Shown here in pieces: positions 1 to 8,088 of a stretch of 31,072 nt of DNA (positions are counted from its first letter, which is position 1; each line of letters begins with the position of its first letter). Made by a program: the position numbers and the translations under genes. The stretch comes from Myxococcota bacterium. GTDB taxonomy: Bacteria > Myxococcota_A > Polyangia > Polyangiales > Sandaracinaceae. The DNA is taken from positions 1-31,072 of the forward strand of contig JAYZQJ010000042.1 in NCBI GenBank assembly GCA_036149055.1. The letters run 5' to 3'. Below the pieces are notes generated by a model, which worked only from the letters and a program-made list of their open reading frames with translations, had not been told where the DNA came from and did no database searches.

Positions 1-280
1 GACCCCCTCGCCCAATCGCGGTGATCCGGATGCGGCCACTGGACGACGCAGACGCCCGTGACCCTCGGAATGAACGCCATTTCGTGGCTGACGCTCACGG
101 CCAACATGCTCGCCTGCCTACGCATCAACGCGCCGGTCGCCCGTCGCGCTGCAAGGCTGGCTACCGGCCTGCCGGGCTCGGCTTTGACCGGGTGGGATTC
201 GCACCCACAAGACACCTCTTCCAAGTTTCGGTCGCTACCGCATCACTCCTTCCCCTCGGACCAGCAGTGCCTGGTCGCAC
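1..280 (-). mobile_element. Group II intron, 5' part (domain I); continues off the left edge of the window
   Basis: The minus strand begins GTGCGACCAGGCACTGCTGGTC at 280 (GUGYG consensus). It then shows domain-I-type motifs: GGGTGCGAATCCC, AGCCTTGC...GG-GCGA-CC tetraloop...GCGTAGGCAG, and AGCCACGAAA. A stem-loop GGTCAC-GGGCG-[TCTGCGT]-CGTCC-A-GTGGCC (63-34) has a loop complementary to the last 6-7 nt of the 5' exon. The RT ORF and domains V/VI are not in the window. Confidence 0.85.
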
Positions 281-336
281 CTGCGCCTCTGCGCCTCTGC
301 GCGAGACAAATTCGAATCCCACGCAGAACCGCCGAG
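281..336 (-). repeat. REP-like imperfect hairpin with tandem GCGCAGAG units (intron target site; possible terminator of the upstream gene)
   Basis: Minus-strand arms CTCGGCGGTTCTGCGTGGGA (336-317) and TCTCGCGCAGAGGCGCAGAG (306-287) pair at 18 of 20 positions including 3 G-U, with a 10-nt loop. It starts 4 nt after the stop codon at 343-341. Confidence 0.7.
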
Positions 337-340
337 GAGA

Positions 341-991
341 TCAGCGGGGGCGGACGACGACGCCGCCTCGGCCGCGGACGCGTCCGTCACGGCGGCGATC
401 GCGGCGGCGATCCATGCGGCGGTCCTGGCGACGCTCGCGGCGTCGCTCGACGCGCTCCTCGCGGCGCTCGAGGCGACGCTGGCGGCGGTCCATGCGACGC
501 TCGCGGCGGACGCGGCGGTCACGCACGGCCGAGCGATCGTCGGGGCGGTAGGCCTGGACCCGGCCTCGGCGCGCCGGCGCCCCGCGGCGCACGCGGACGT
601 CGGCCTGGGGCACGCGGCGCACTCGCACGCCGTCACGGACGCGGTAGTGGCGGTAGCGGCGCGGGCGATCGATGCGCACCACCGCGCGCGGCACCACGCC
701 AACGTTCACCCGGCTCCAGCCGCCGAGGTAGCTCGAGCGGTACCAGACGCCGTTCTCGTATCGCCAGTAGGCGTCGTCCGAGTAGAAGACCGGCTGGTCG
801 TACTCGGCGACCGCCCACACGCCCGGGCGCACGCGCACCATCCGGGGCTGGGGGCTCGCGACGGTGGTCGTGGCGCTGGCGCGGTAGGCGACGGTGCCGC
901 TGCCGCAGCCTCCGATCACGAGGAGGCCGGCGAGGAGCGCGCCCCAGCTGCCGTAGCCGAGCGCGCGGCGAAAGATCGTCTTCTTCTGCAT
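341..991 (-). CDS. Putative lipoprotein with aromatic-rich core and extremely Arg-rich C-terminal tail
   Basis: MQKKTIFRR... signal peptide with lipobox-like VIGGC, a core of PVFYSDDAYWRYENGVWYRSSYLGGW, and a tail of DRR/ERR repeats. Start reassigned to ATG at 991 because the longer ORF overlaps the kinase gene. Confidence 0.75.
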   Translation of the reverse strand: MQKKTIFRRALGYGSWGALLAGLLVIGGCGSGTVAYRASATTTVASPQPRMVRVRPGVWAVAEYDQPVFYSDDAYWRYENGVWYRSSYLGGWSRVNVGVVPRAVVRIDRPRRYRHYRVRDGVRVRRVPQADVRVRRGAPARRGRVQAYRPDDRSAVRDRRVRRERRMDRRQRRLERREERVERRRERRQDRRMDRRRDRRRDGRVRGRGGVVVRPR

Positions 992-1086
992 CGCCCGAGC
1001 AGCGGTACATGCATCGTGCCGACCGGTGGGATCGGCGCCGAGACCCCGCCGGACCGTCGCAGATCGCGACAATCCCCGGCAGATCG

Positions 1087-2427
1087 TCACATGTCGTAGA
1101 CCACCCGGGTCTTCGCGACGCGATCGTGGACCGCGCGCTTCTCGCGCCCCGCGGCCACCGCGAGGGTGAGCACCCAGGTCACGAAGAGCGCGGTCGCGGC
1201 GAACGGGTGCCAGCGCTCCGCCTCGAAGGGATCGACGACGCTCATCGCGATCGGCCCGGCGTGCTTCACCAGGTTCCGGACGAGCGCGCGCGAGAAGCGA
1301 GGCCGCTCGAGATCGGGGTCGACGACCCGGAGGTCGAAGAGGCGCTTGCCGACGGTCAGGCCGAGCCGGCTCTCCGCCGCCGCCCAGCCGAGCGCCGGGA
1401 TCAGCCACGCGATCGGCGTGAACACCGCGGCCAGCAGCAACGCGACGAAGCCCGAGATCATCAGGTCGACCGCGAAGGCGCTGCCTCGCGCGAAGACCCC
1501 CGCGCTCTTCGGCGCTCTCGGGCGCGCCTCGGCGATGGCCCCGCGCAGCGCGTCGAAGGTCTCGAAGCGGTCGCCCGGCGCCTTCTCCATCAGCCGGGAG
1601 ATCAGGGCGTCGAGGGCGGGCGGCAGGTCCGGGCGGAGCGAGCGGGCCGGGAGCGGCGTCTCCTCGCGGTGCTGCACGAGCAGCGTCCCGGTGTCGGGCG
1701 CGGTGAAGGGGCGGTGCCCGGTCACCATCTCGTAGAGGGTCACGCCGAGCGCGTACATGTCCGCGCGGTGATCCACCGGCCCCGGGCGGGTCTGCTCGGG
1801 GGCCATGTACGCGGGCGTGCCGACGATGGCGCCGCGGTGGGTGAGCGCGGCCGACGGAGCCTCGCCTTCGCTCGCCGGCTCGTCCTGCTCGCGCACCGCC
1901 TTGGCGAGCCCGAAGTCCGCGAGCAGCACCCGGCCGCCCTCGGCGCGGAGCACGTTGCTCGGCTTCACGTCCCGATGCACCAGGCCGCGGCGCTGCCCCT
2001 CCTCGAGCGCGCGCGCCACCGCGTCCACGCAGTCGAGCGCCTCCTCGACGTCGAGCGGCCCGCTGGCGAGGCGGTCGGCGACCGACGCGCCCTCCACCAG
2101 GTCCATCGAGAGGAAGACGACGTCCTCCGCCTCGCCGACGAAGTGGATCGGCACGACGTTGGGGTGGCGGACCTTCGCCTGGGCGCGGGCCTCGCGCAGG
2201 AAGCGGGCGCGCGCGTCGGGGTGCGCCGCGGTGAGCACCTTGATGGCGACCGGGCGCTCCAGGGCGGTGTCCCAGCCGCGGTAGACCGCGCCCATGCCGC
2301 CGCGGCCGAGCGGCGCGTCGATCCGGAAGTGCGCGAGGGTCCGCCCGAGCAGCGCGTCGGGCGCCTCGGCGCGGCTCGGCTCGGAGTCGCTCCGCGCGGT
2401 CTCGGCGAACGGGTCGGCCGCGGGCAC
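1087..2427 (-). CDS. Ser/Thr (Hanks-type) protein kinase with C-terminal RDD membrane domain
   Basis: GRGGMGAV, VAIK, HRDVKPSN, ADFGLAK, GTPAYMAPEQ and D-x-Y-x-L-G motifs. The C-terminus has RDD signatures (ARGSAFAVD, GLTVGKRLFDLRVV, RAVHDRVAKTRVV). Start GTG 2427 lies 6 nt after TACCCT. Confidence 0.92.
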   Translation of the reverse strand: MPAADPFAETARSDSEPSRAEAPDALLGRTLAHFRIDAPLGRGGMGAVYRGWDTALERPVAIKVLTAAHPDARARFLREARAQAKVRHPNVVPIHFVGEAEDVVFLSMDLVEGASVADRLASGPLDVEEALDCVDAVARALEEGQRRGLVHRDVKPSNVLRAEGGRVLLADFGLAKAVREQDEPASEGEAPSAALTHRGAIVGTPAYMAPEQTRPGPVDHRADMYALGVTLYEMVTGHRPFTAPDTGTLLVQHREETPLPARSLRPDLPPALDALISRLMEKAPGDRFETFDALRGAIAEARPRAPKSAGVFARGSAFAVDLMISGFVALLLAAVFTPIAWLIPALGWAAAESRLGLTVGKRLFDLRVVDPDLERPRFSRALVRNLVKHAGPIAMSVVDPFEAERWHPFAATALFVTWVLTLAVAAGREKRAVHDRVAKTRVVYDM

Positions 2428-2505
2428 GGCACGAGGGTAGCGCAATCGAGCCCCGACCAAATCGGAACGGGGGGCCGCGCGTCCAAGGGGCGTATGCTCG
2501 ATGCC

Positions 2506-4530
2506 GTGCGCGTCTCGACTCTCCTCCTCCTCGCGCTGCTGGGCTGCACCGGGCCGCAGACCGCGAGGCGCACCGCGGGGCCGCTCACGAGCGAGCCGGA
2601 GATCCCGCCGGCCCAGGCCACGACGTCGCCCCCCGCCGAGCGGCTCGCCTCGACTCACCGCATCGACGACCCGCGGACCTGGGCGCGGCTCGCGGCGCGG
2701 CCGGCGACCGAGACCTTCGCCCGCACCGAGGTGGTGAAGTTCCTGATCGACCTCGAGGACGAGCGGCGCCTCTGGTTCACCGACACCGAGCGCTTCGAGA
2801 TCCACTTCCACTTCGCGCGCGACGTGCTCGGAGTCGACGAGAGCCACGGCGACTTCAACGTGCGCGAGTACCGCCGGCCGGAGCGGCGCTTCGTGATGGG
2901 CACGCTGGTCCACTACCTCGACCCGGATCTCTGGGCGTTCGAGATGGTCGCCGGCGACAACCTCGACGGGGCGCGGGTGCTCGAGGCGTTCGAGCAGGTG
3001 CAGGGCGCGGTGTTCTTCGGGGATCGCCTGCGCTACCGGGCGATCAGCCCGCTGCACGAGCGGCGCACCGAGGGCCTCGGCGCGCGGCTGCCGCGGGTGA
3101 GCGCGGGGGAGGTCTTCCGCGGGGTGCGCTATCAGCCGCTGACCCAGGGCGTCGCCTACGGCACGCTGCGGCTCGTGCGCGGGCCCCTCGACGCGGCGAG
3201 CGTGCGGCCGACCGACATCCTGGTGCTCGAGCACCTCCCGGACGGGATCCCGGTGTCGAGCGCGGTGATCAGCCAGGAGCTGCAGGCGCCGCTCGGCCAC
3301 CTCGCGCTGCTCTGCGCGACCCGCGGCACCCCGAACATGGGGCTGCGCGACGCGCTCTCCGACCCGGCGATCGCCGCGCTCGATGGGCAGCTGGTGCGGC
3401 TCGACGTGGCCTCGCAGGAGCACGCGATCCGGGCGGCGACCCGGGCGGAGGCGGAGGAGGCGTGGGCTGCCCGCCGGCCGGCGCAGCCGCTGACCCCGCA
3501 GATCGATCGCGGCTTCGCGGCGCTGACCGCGGTGTGCGACGCCCGCATCGGCGACGCGCCCCGGATCGGCGCGAAGGCGGCCCAGCTCGGCGAGGTCTGC
3601 GCGGAGGGGCTGCCGACGCCGGGCGGCTTCGCGGTGCCCTTCGCGCACTACCTCCGCCACCTCGAGCGGCACGGGCTCGCGGGCGGGCTGCGCGCGATGC
3701 TGGAGGACGCGACGTTCCGCGGCGACCCGCGGGTCCGGGCCGAGAACCTCGCCCAGCTCCGGGCGGTGATCGCGCGCTCGCCGGTCGACCCCGCGCTCCT
3801 GCGCGAGGTGCGCCGCCGGATCGACGCGTTCCCGGGCGAGCCGCGGGTGATCTTCCGCTCGAGCACCAACGCCGAGGACCTGCCCGGGTTCACCGGCGCG
3901 GGGCTCTATCGCTCGGTGGTGGTGAGCGGCGGGGCCTCGGACGCGGAGCTCGCCGACGCGCTGCGCGAGGTGTGGGCGAGCGTGTGGCTCTCGGGCGCCT
4001 ACGAGGAGCGAGACTGGTACCGCATCGATCACCGCGAGGTCGCGATGGCGGTCCTGGTGCAGCCCTTCGTCGACGGCGCGATCGCCAACGGCGTCGCGAT
4101 CACCGCCAACCCGTTCTACGAGGCGCGGCCCGGCTACTTCGTGAACGCGCAGGCGCTCGGGGGGAGCGTGACCGGGGCCGCGGGCGACGAGATCCCCGAG
4201 CAGCACCTCATCTACACCTACGCCGACGACGGCCCCGAGCTCGAGCTGGTGAGCCGCTCCACCCGGGGCGACGGCGCGCTCCTGCTGCGCGAGCCCGAGC
4301 TCATGCAGCTCCACGCCGCCCTCGCCCGCCTCGACTTCGCGCTCACTCCGTACTGGTCGGGGCGCGCCAACGCGGTCGACGTGGAGTTCCTGGTCGCCGG
4401 CCCCGATCGGCGCGTCGTCATCCTCCAGGCCCGCCCGTTCTGCGTCCGCTACACCGAAGGCCAGCGCGCGGTGCACCGCCGCCCCCAGGCCGCCTGCCCC
4501 GCCCGGCTGTACCCGCCTCGCGCGCCCTGA
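2506..4530 (+). CDS. Lipoprotein with phosphohistidine-swivel-like and PPDK_N/PEP-synthase ATP-grasp domains (dikinase-like)
   Basis: Signal MRVSTLLLLALLGC, His-domain motif QAPLGHLALLCATRGTPNM, and ATP-grasp motifs IGAKAAQLG, PTPGGFAVP, FRSSTNAEDLPGFTGAGLYRS, VWASVW, MAVLVQ, DVEF, ILQARP. Start is GTG 2506 (alternative ATG 2494). Confidence 0.88.
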   Translation: MRVSTLLLLALLGCTGPQTARRTAGPLTSEPEIPPAQATTSPPAERLASTHRIDDPRTWARLAARPATETFARTEVVKFLIDLEDERRLWFTDTERFEIHFHFARDVLGVDESHGDFNVREYRRPERRFVMGTLVHYLDPDLWAFEMVAGDNLDGARVLEAFEQVQGAVFFGDRLRYRAISPLHERRTEGLGARLPRVSAGEVFRGVRYQPLTQGVAYGTLRLVRGPLDAASVRPTDILVLEHLPDGIPVSSAVISQELQAPLGHLALLCATRGTPNMGLRDALSDPAIAALDGQLVRLDVASQEHAIRAATRAEAEEAWAARRPAQPLTPQIDRGFAALTAVCDARIGDAPRIGAKAAQLGEVCAEGLPTPGGFAVPFAHYLRHLERHGLAGGLRAMLEDATFRGDPRVRAENLAQLRAVIARSPVDPALLREVRRRIDAFPGEPRVIFRSSTNAEDLPGFTGAGLYRSVVVSGGASDAELADALREVWASVWLSGAYEERDWYRIDHREVAMAVLVQPFVDGAIANGVAITANPFYEARPGYFVNAQALGGSVTGAAGDEIPEQHLIYTYADDGPELELVSRSTRGDGALLLREPELMQLHAALARLDFALTPYWSGRANAVDVEFLVAGPDRRVVILQARPFCVRYTEGQRAVHRRPQAACPARLYPPRAP

Positions 4531-4547
4531 CGTGATACGAGAGGGGC

Positions 4548-5081
4548 ATGCGAGTCTGCGTGTTCTGCGGTTCGTCCCCCGGCTCGAAGCCGATCTACCT
4601 GGAGGCCGCGCGCCGCGTCGGGCGCACGCTGGCCGAGCGCGGGGTCGGCGTGGTCTACGGCGGCGCCTCGGTCGGGTGCATGGGCGCGGTCGCCGACGCG
4701 GCGCTCGAGGCGGGCGGCGAGGTGATCGGGGTGATCCCTCACTCGATGGTGGACCGCGAGCTCGCCCATCCGGGGCTGACCGAGCTCCACGTCGTCGAGG
4801 GCATGCACGAGCGGAAGGCGCTGATGACCGCGCGCAGCGACGCCTTCCTGGCGCTGCCCGGCGGCCACGGCACGCTCGACGAGCTCTTCGAGGCGCTCAC
4901 CTGGGCCCAGCTCGGCATCCACGGGCAGCCGATCGGGATCTGGAACCTCGAGGGCTACTGGGATCCGCTCTTCGCGATGCTCGACCGCGTGGTCTCGGAG
5001 GGCTTCCTGCGCCCGCACCACCGGACGCTGCTGCTCTCCAGCCACGAGCTGGAGCCGCTGCTCGACTCGCTCACGGTCTAG
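4548..5081 (+). CDS. LOG family (TIGR00730-type) nucleotide phosphoribohydrolase
   Basis: VCVFCGSSPG, VYGGASVGCMG, MHERKALM and LPGGHGTLDELFEALTWAQLG (PGGxGTxxE motif). Confidence 0.95.
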   Translation: MRVCVFCGSSPGSKPIYLEAARRVGRTLAERGVGVVYGGASVGCMGAVADAALEAGGEVIGVIPHSMVDRELAHPGLTELHVVEGMHERKALMTARSDAFLALPGGHGTLDELFEALTWAQLGIHGQPIGIWNLEGYWDPLFAMLDRVVSEGFLRPHHRTLLLSSHELEPLLDSLTV

Positions 5082-5131
5082 CTGGCACGGGCCCCCCTCG
5101 TGCGTACCTGACGCTCGAACGTGAGGAGTCC

Positions 5132-5725
5132 ATGAGCGAAGACACGAACGAATCCCAGAACGGGTTGATCCGCATCGTGGTCGGCGTCGACTTCACCGAG
5201 GTCGGCGACGTCGCGCTCGACGAGGCCATCCGATACGCGATGCGCCTCCAGAAGAGTGAGCTTCACCCCGTCTTCGTCATCACCGAGCGGGTCAAGAATC
5301 ACCTCGAGGAGGTGAACCGCCACCTCGACGAGGCCTACAAGGCCCTGCGCGAAAAGGTGATCACCCGCTGCGAGGCGGTGGGCGAGCGCTGGGAGCAGCA
5401 CGTCTTCTTCCACGTCCGGCTCTCGAAGGAGCCGGCGGAGGCGATCCATCAGGTCGCGGTCGACGTCGGCGCGGACGCGATCGTCGTCGGCACCCACGCG
5501 CGGCGCGGCCTCGAGAAGATGCTGCTCGGCTCGGTGGCGGAGGAGCTGGTCCGCACCGCGCACGTGCCGGTGATGGTGGCGCGCCCCAACGAGCTCGGGG
5601 AGCTCGAGAAGACGCCGAAGCCCGAGCCCGCGGTGCCCGGCGAGGACATTCACCACGCGCGCGTCATGGCCAACGAGCACATCGTGTTCGGCAAGCGACC
5701 GAGCCACATCGCCTACCTCATCTGA
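5132..5725 (+). CDS. Universal stress protein (USP domain) with C-terminal extension
   Basis: IVVGVDF at the N-terminus and DAIVVGTHARRGLEKMLLGSVAEELVRTAHVPVMV. SD GAGGAG at 5123-5128. Confidence 0.92.
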   Translation: MSEDTNESQNGLIRIVVGVDFTEVGDVALDEAIRYAMRLQKSELHPVFVITERVKNHLEEVNRHLDEAYKALREKVITRCEAVGERWEQHVFFHVRLSKEPAEAIHQVAVDVGADAIVVGTHARRGLEKMLLGSVAEELVRTAHVPVMVARPNELGELEKTPKPEPAVPGEDIHHARVMANEHIVFGKRPSHIAYLI

Positions 5726-5757
5726 AGATCCCCATTCCGGGATCGGATTGAGGCAAC

Positions 5758-8088
5758 ATGACCCCCATGGGGGAGGAGCGCCGAACGCCGCGTGTCGACA
5801 CGCTGCGCGACGACGAGGTCTCGCCGAGCGAGGCCCCGAGCGGTGACGCGCGCTATCGGATCGAGCACGAGATCGGCCGCGGCGGCATGGGCCGGATCTT
5901 CCTCGCGAAGGACACCCGGCTCGGTCGCCGCGTCGCCCTGAAGACCCGGCTCGGAGACGGCGAGCGCGCGGCGGCGCGCTTCCACCAGGAGGCGCGCGCG
6001 ACCGCGCAGCTCGAGCACCCGAACATCGTCCCGGTCTACGACCTCGACGAGGACGAGCGCGGCGAGCCTCGCTTCACCATGCGCCTGGTCGAGGGCCGCT
6101 CGCTCTCCGACGTGCTCACCTCGCTCGGCCGCGGCGAGGGCATGATCGCGCGCGCGTTCGGCCCGGCGGAGCTGCTCCTCGTCTTCACCAAGGTCTGCGA
6201 CGCGGTCGCCTACGCGCACAGCCGCGGCGTGCTCCACCGCGACCTCAAGCCCGACAACATCATGCTCGGGCGCTACGGCGAGGTGTTCGTGATGGACTGG
6301 GGCCTCGCGCGCGTCGGCGACGTCGAGGTCGGCGGCGCCATCAGCGAGACGCGGATCAAATCCGACAGCGGCGAGCAGATCACCGTCGTCGGCTCGGTGC
6401 TCGGCACCCCCGGCTACATGTCGCCGGAGCAGGCGCGGGGCGCGCGCGAGGAGGTCGATCCCCGGAGCGACGTCTTCTCGCTCGGCGCCATCCTCTACGA
6501 GATCCTCACCTACCGGCGCGCCTTCGCGGGCGACCACGCGGCGGCGCTCCTCGCCGCGACGATCCTGGCCGAGGTCGTGCCGCCGACCGCGCTCGCGCCC
6601 GAGCGCCCGATCGTCACCGCGCTCGAGCCGATCTGCCTGCGGGCGCTGGCGCGGGATCCCGACGCGCGCTTCGCGTCGGTCCGGGAGCTGCGCGACGCGG
6701 TGGCCGAGGCGCTCGAGGGATCGCGCGAGGCGGCGCGGCGGCGGTCCGCGGCGGAGGCGAGGCTGGAGACCTCGCGCGAGCACCAGCGCGAGCACGTCGA
6801 GCTGGGCGAGCAGGCCCGGGAGCGGCGGGAGGCGGCCGAGCGTCGGCTCGCGGAGCTCCCGGTGGACGCGGCGGCCGAGCGGGAGGACGTCTTCCGGGAG
6901 CTCGGTGACGTCGCCGCGCTCGAGGCCCGATCCCGCGGCGCGTTCTGGGAGGCGTACGGCCGGCTGATCAGCGCGGTCCGCGAGGATCCCGGGTTCGCCC
7001 CGGCCCGCGAGGCGCTCGTGGAGCTGCTGCTGTCCCGGGCGAGCGAGCTGCGCGGCGCGGGCGACGCCTCGACCGCCGAGGACCTCGAGGCCATCGCGCG
7101 ACAGCACGACCGGGCCCGGGTGGAGGCGCGGCTCGACGCCCCCTGCCGGCTCGTGCTCGAGCTCGACCCGCCGGGCGCCGACGTGACGCTGGCCCGGTTC
7201 GTCGAGCGCGGCCCGCGCTGGGAGGAGCACCCGGTCGAGGGCCCGGAGCTCGCGCCGGGCGCCTACGTCGCCGAGCTCTCGCTGCCCGATCGGCCGCCGG
7301 TGCGCGCGACGTTCGCGGTCTCGGCGGGCGGCGAGCGGCGGCTCCGGGTGACGCTCCCGGAGGCGGGCGCGATCGAGGAGGGCTTCGTCTACGTGCCGCC
7401 CGGCGTCTATCGCGTGGGCGGCGATCGGGTGGCGCCGGACGCCGAGCCGCGGCGCGAGGTGGAGCTCGGCGGGTTCGCGATCGCGCGCCACCTCGTGACG
7501 ATGGCGGAGTACGGCGCGCTCCTGAACGCGCTCCCGCCGGACGAGGCGGCGCGGCGGGCCCCTCGCATCGGGCACACGCCCTACTGGCGCCCGGTGGACG
7601 GGGTCTATCGGGCGCCGTTCATCGATCCCGACGGCGACGAGATCGGCCCCGACTGGCCGGTGTGCATGGTCTCGGCCGCCGACGCCGACGTCTACGTGGC
7701 CTGGCTGCGGGAGACGCGCGGGCGACCGTTCCGCCTCCCCACCTCCGACGAGTGGGAGGTCGCGGCGAGCGGCGGCGACGGGCGCATCTTCCCCTGGGGC
7801 AACGGCTTCGATCCGTCGCTCTGCCGCAACCTCGCGAGCGCCCCCCGCGCCGGCCCGTGCCCGGTGGGGAGCTACCCGCGCGACCGCTCACCCTTCGGCG
7901 TGATGGACGTGGCCGGGCTGGTGCGCGAGCACACCTCGACCGAGGTCGACGGCAAGCGCGTCATCCGCGCCGGCGCGTGGCCCGCTCCGCCCGTGCAGTG
8001 CCGCCTCGGCCGCCGCACGATGCTGCCCGCCGACGAGGCCTACGTGACCTTCGGCTTCCGCCTCGCCCACGACGTCACGGTCGTTTGA
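5758..8088 (+). CDS. Ser/Thr protein kinase fused to C-terminal formylglycine-generating-enzyme-like (SUMF1/FGE-sulfatase) domain
   Basis: GRGGMG, VALK, HRDLKPDN, DWG and GTPGYMSPEQ, then a helical linker. FGE motifs: FVYVPPGVYRVG, FRLPTSDEWEVAA, FPWG, SPFGVMDVAGLVREHT, GFRLA. Alternative start ATG 5767. Confidence 0.92.
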   Translation: MTPMGEERRTPRVDTLRDDEVSPSEAPSGDARYRIEHEIGRGGMGRIFLAKDTRLGRRVALKTRLGDGERAAARFHQEARATAQLEHPNIVPVYDLDEDERGEPRFTMRLVEGRSLSDVLTSLGRGEGMIARAFGPAELLLVFTKVCDAVAYAHSRGVLHRDLKPDNIMLGRYGEVFVMDWGLARVGDVEVGGAISETRIKSDSGEQITVVGSVLGTPGYMSPEQARGAREEVDPRSDVFSLGAILYEILTYRRAFAGDHAAALLAATILAEVVPPTALAPERPIVTALEPICLRALARDPDARFASVRELRDAVAEALEGSREAARRRSAAEARLETSREHQREHVELGEQARERREAAERRLAELPVDAAAEREDVFRELGDVAALEARSRGAFWEAYGRLISAVREDPGFAPAREALVELLLSRASELRGAGDASTAEDLEAIARQHDRARVEARLDAPCRLVLELDPPGADVTLARFVERGPRWEEHPVEGPELAPGAYVAELSLPDRPPVRATFAVSAGGERRLRVTLPEAGAIEEGFVYVPPGVYRVGGDRVAPDAEPRREVELGGFAIARHLVTMAEYGALLNALPPDEAARRAPRIGHTPYWRPVDGVYRAPFIDPDGDEIGPDWPVCMVSAADADVYVAWLRETRGRPFRLPTSDEWEVAASGGDGRIFPWGNGFDPSLCRNLASAPRAGPCPVGSYPRDRSPFGVMDVAGLVREHTSTEVDGKRVIRAGAWPAPPVQCRLGRRTMLPADEAYVTFGFRLAHDVTVV

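Noticed and set aside
1007..1021. Sigma54-like CGGCACG-ATGC-ATGT upstream of the Arg-rich lipoprotein
   Set aside because: The -12 element is GT rather than GC; too weak to call.
58..2493. N-terminal 812 aa of the 1490-aa ORF 58..4530
   Set aside because: It is a shadow frame antisense to the intron, lipoprotein and kinase genes. The real protein starts at the signal peptide near 2494-2506.
2428..4476. N-terminal extension of ORF 1087..4476 suggesting a giant kinase
   Set aside because: It is the antisense shadow of the dikinase-like gene. The kinase has its own start at 2427.
5083..5103. TGGCACG upstream of the USP gene as a sigma54 promoter
   Set aside because: There is no GC at the required GG-N10 spacing; it is only a short GCACG...CGTGC hairpin.
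7940..8088. FGE/C-type-lectin C-terminus as a diversity-generating retroelement target
   Set aside because: No second near-identical template repeat and no DGR RT are visible in the window. The retroelement at the left edge has group II intron features.
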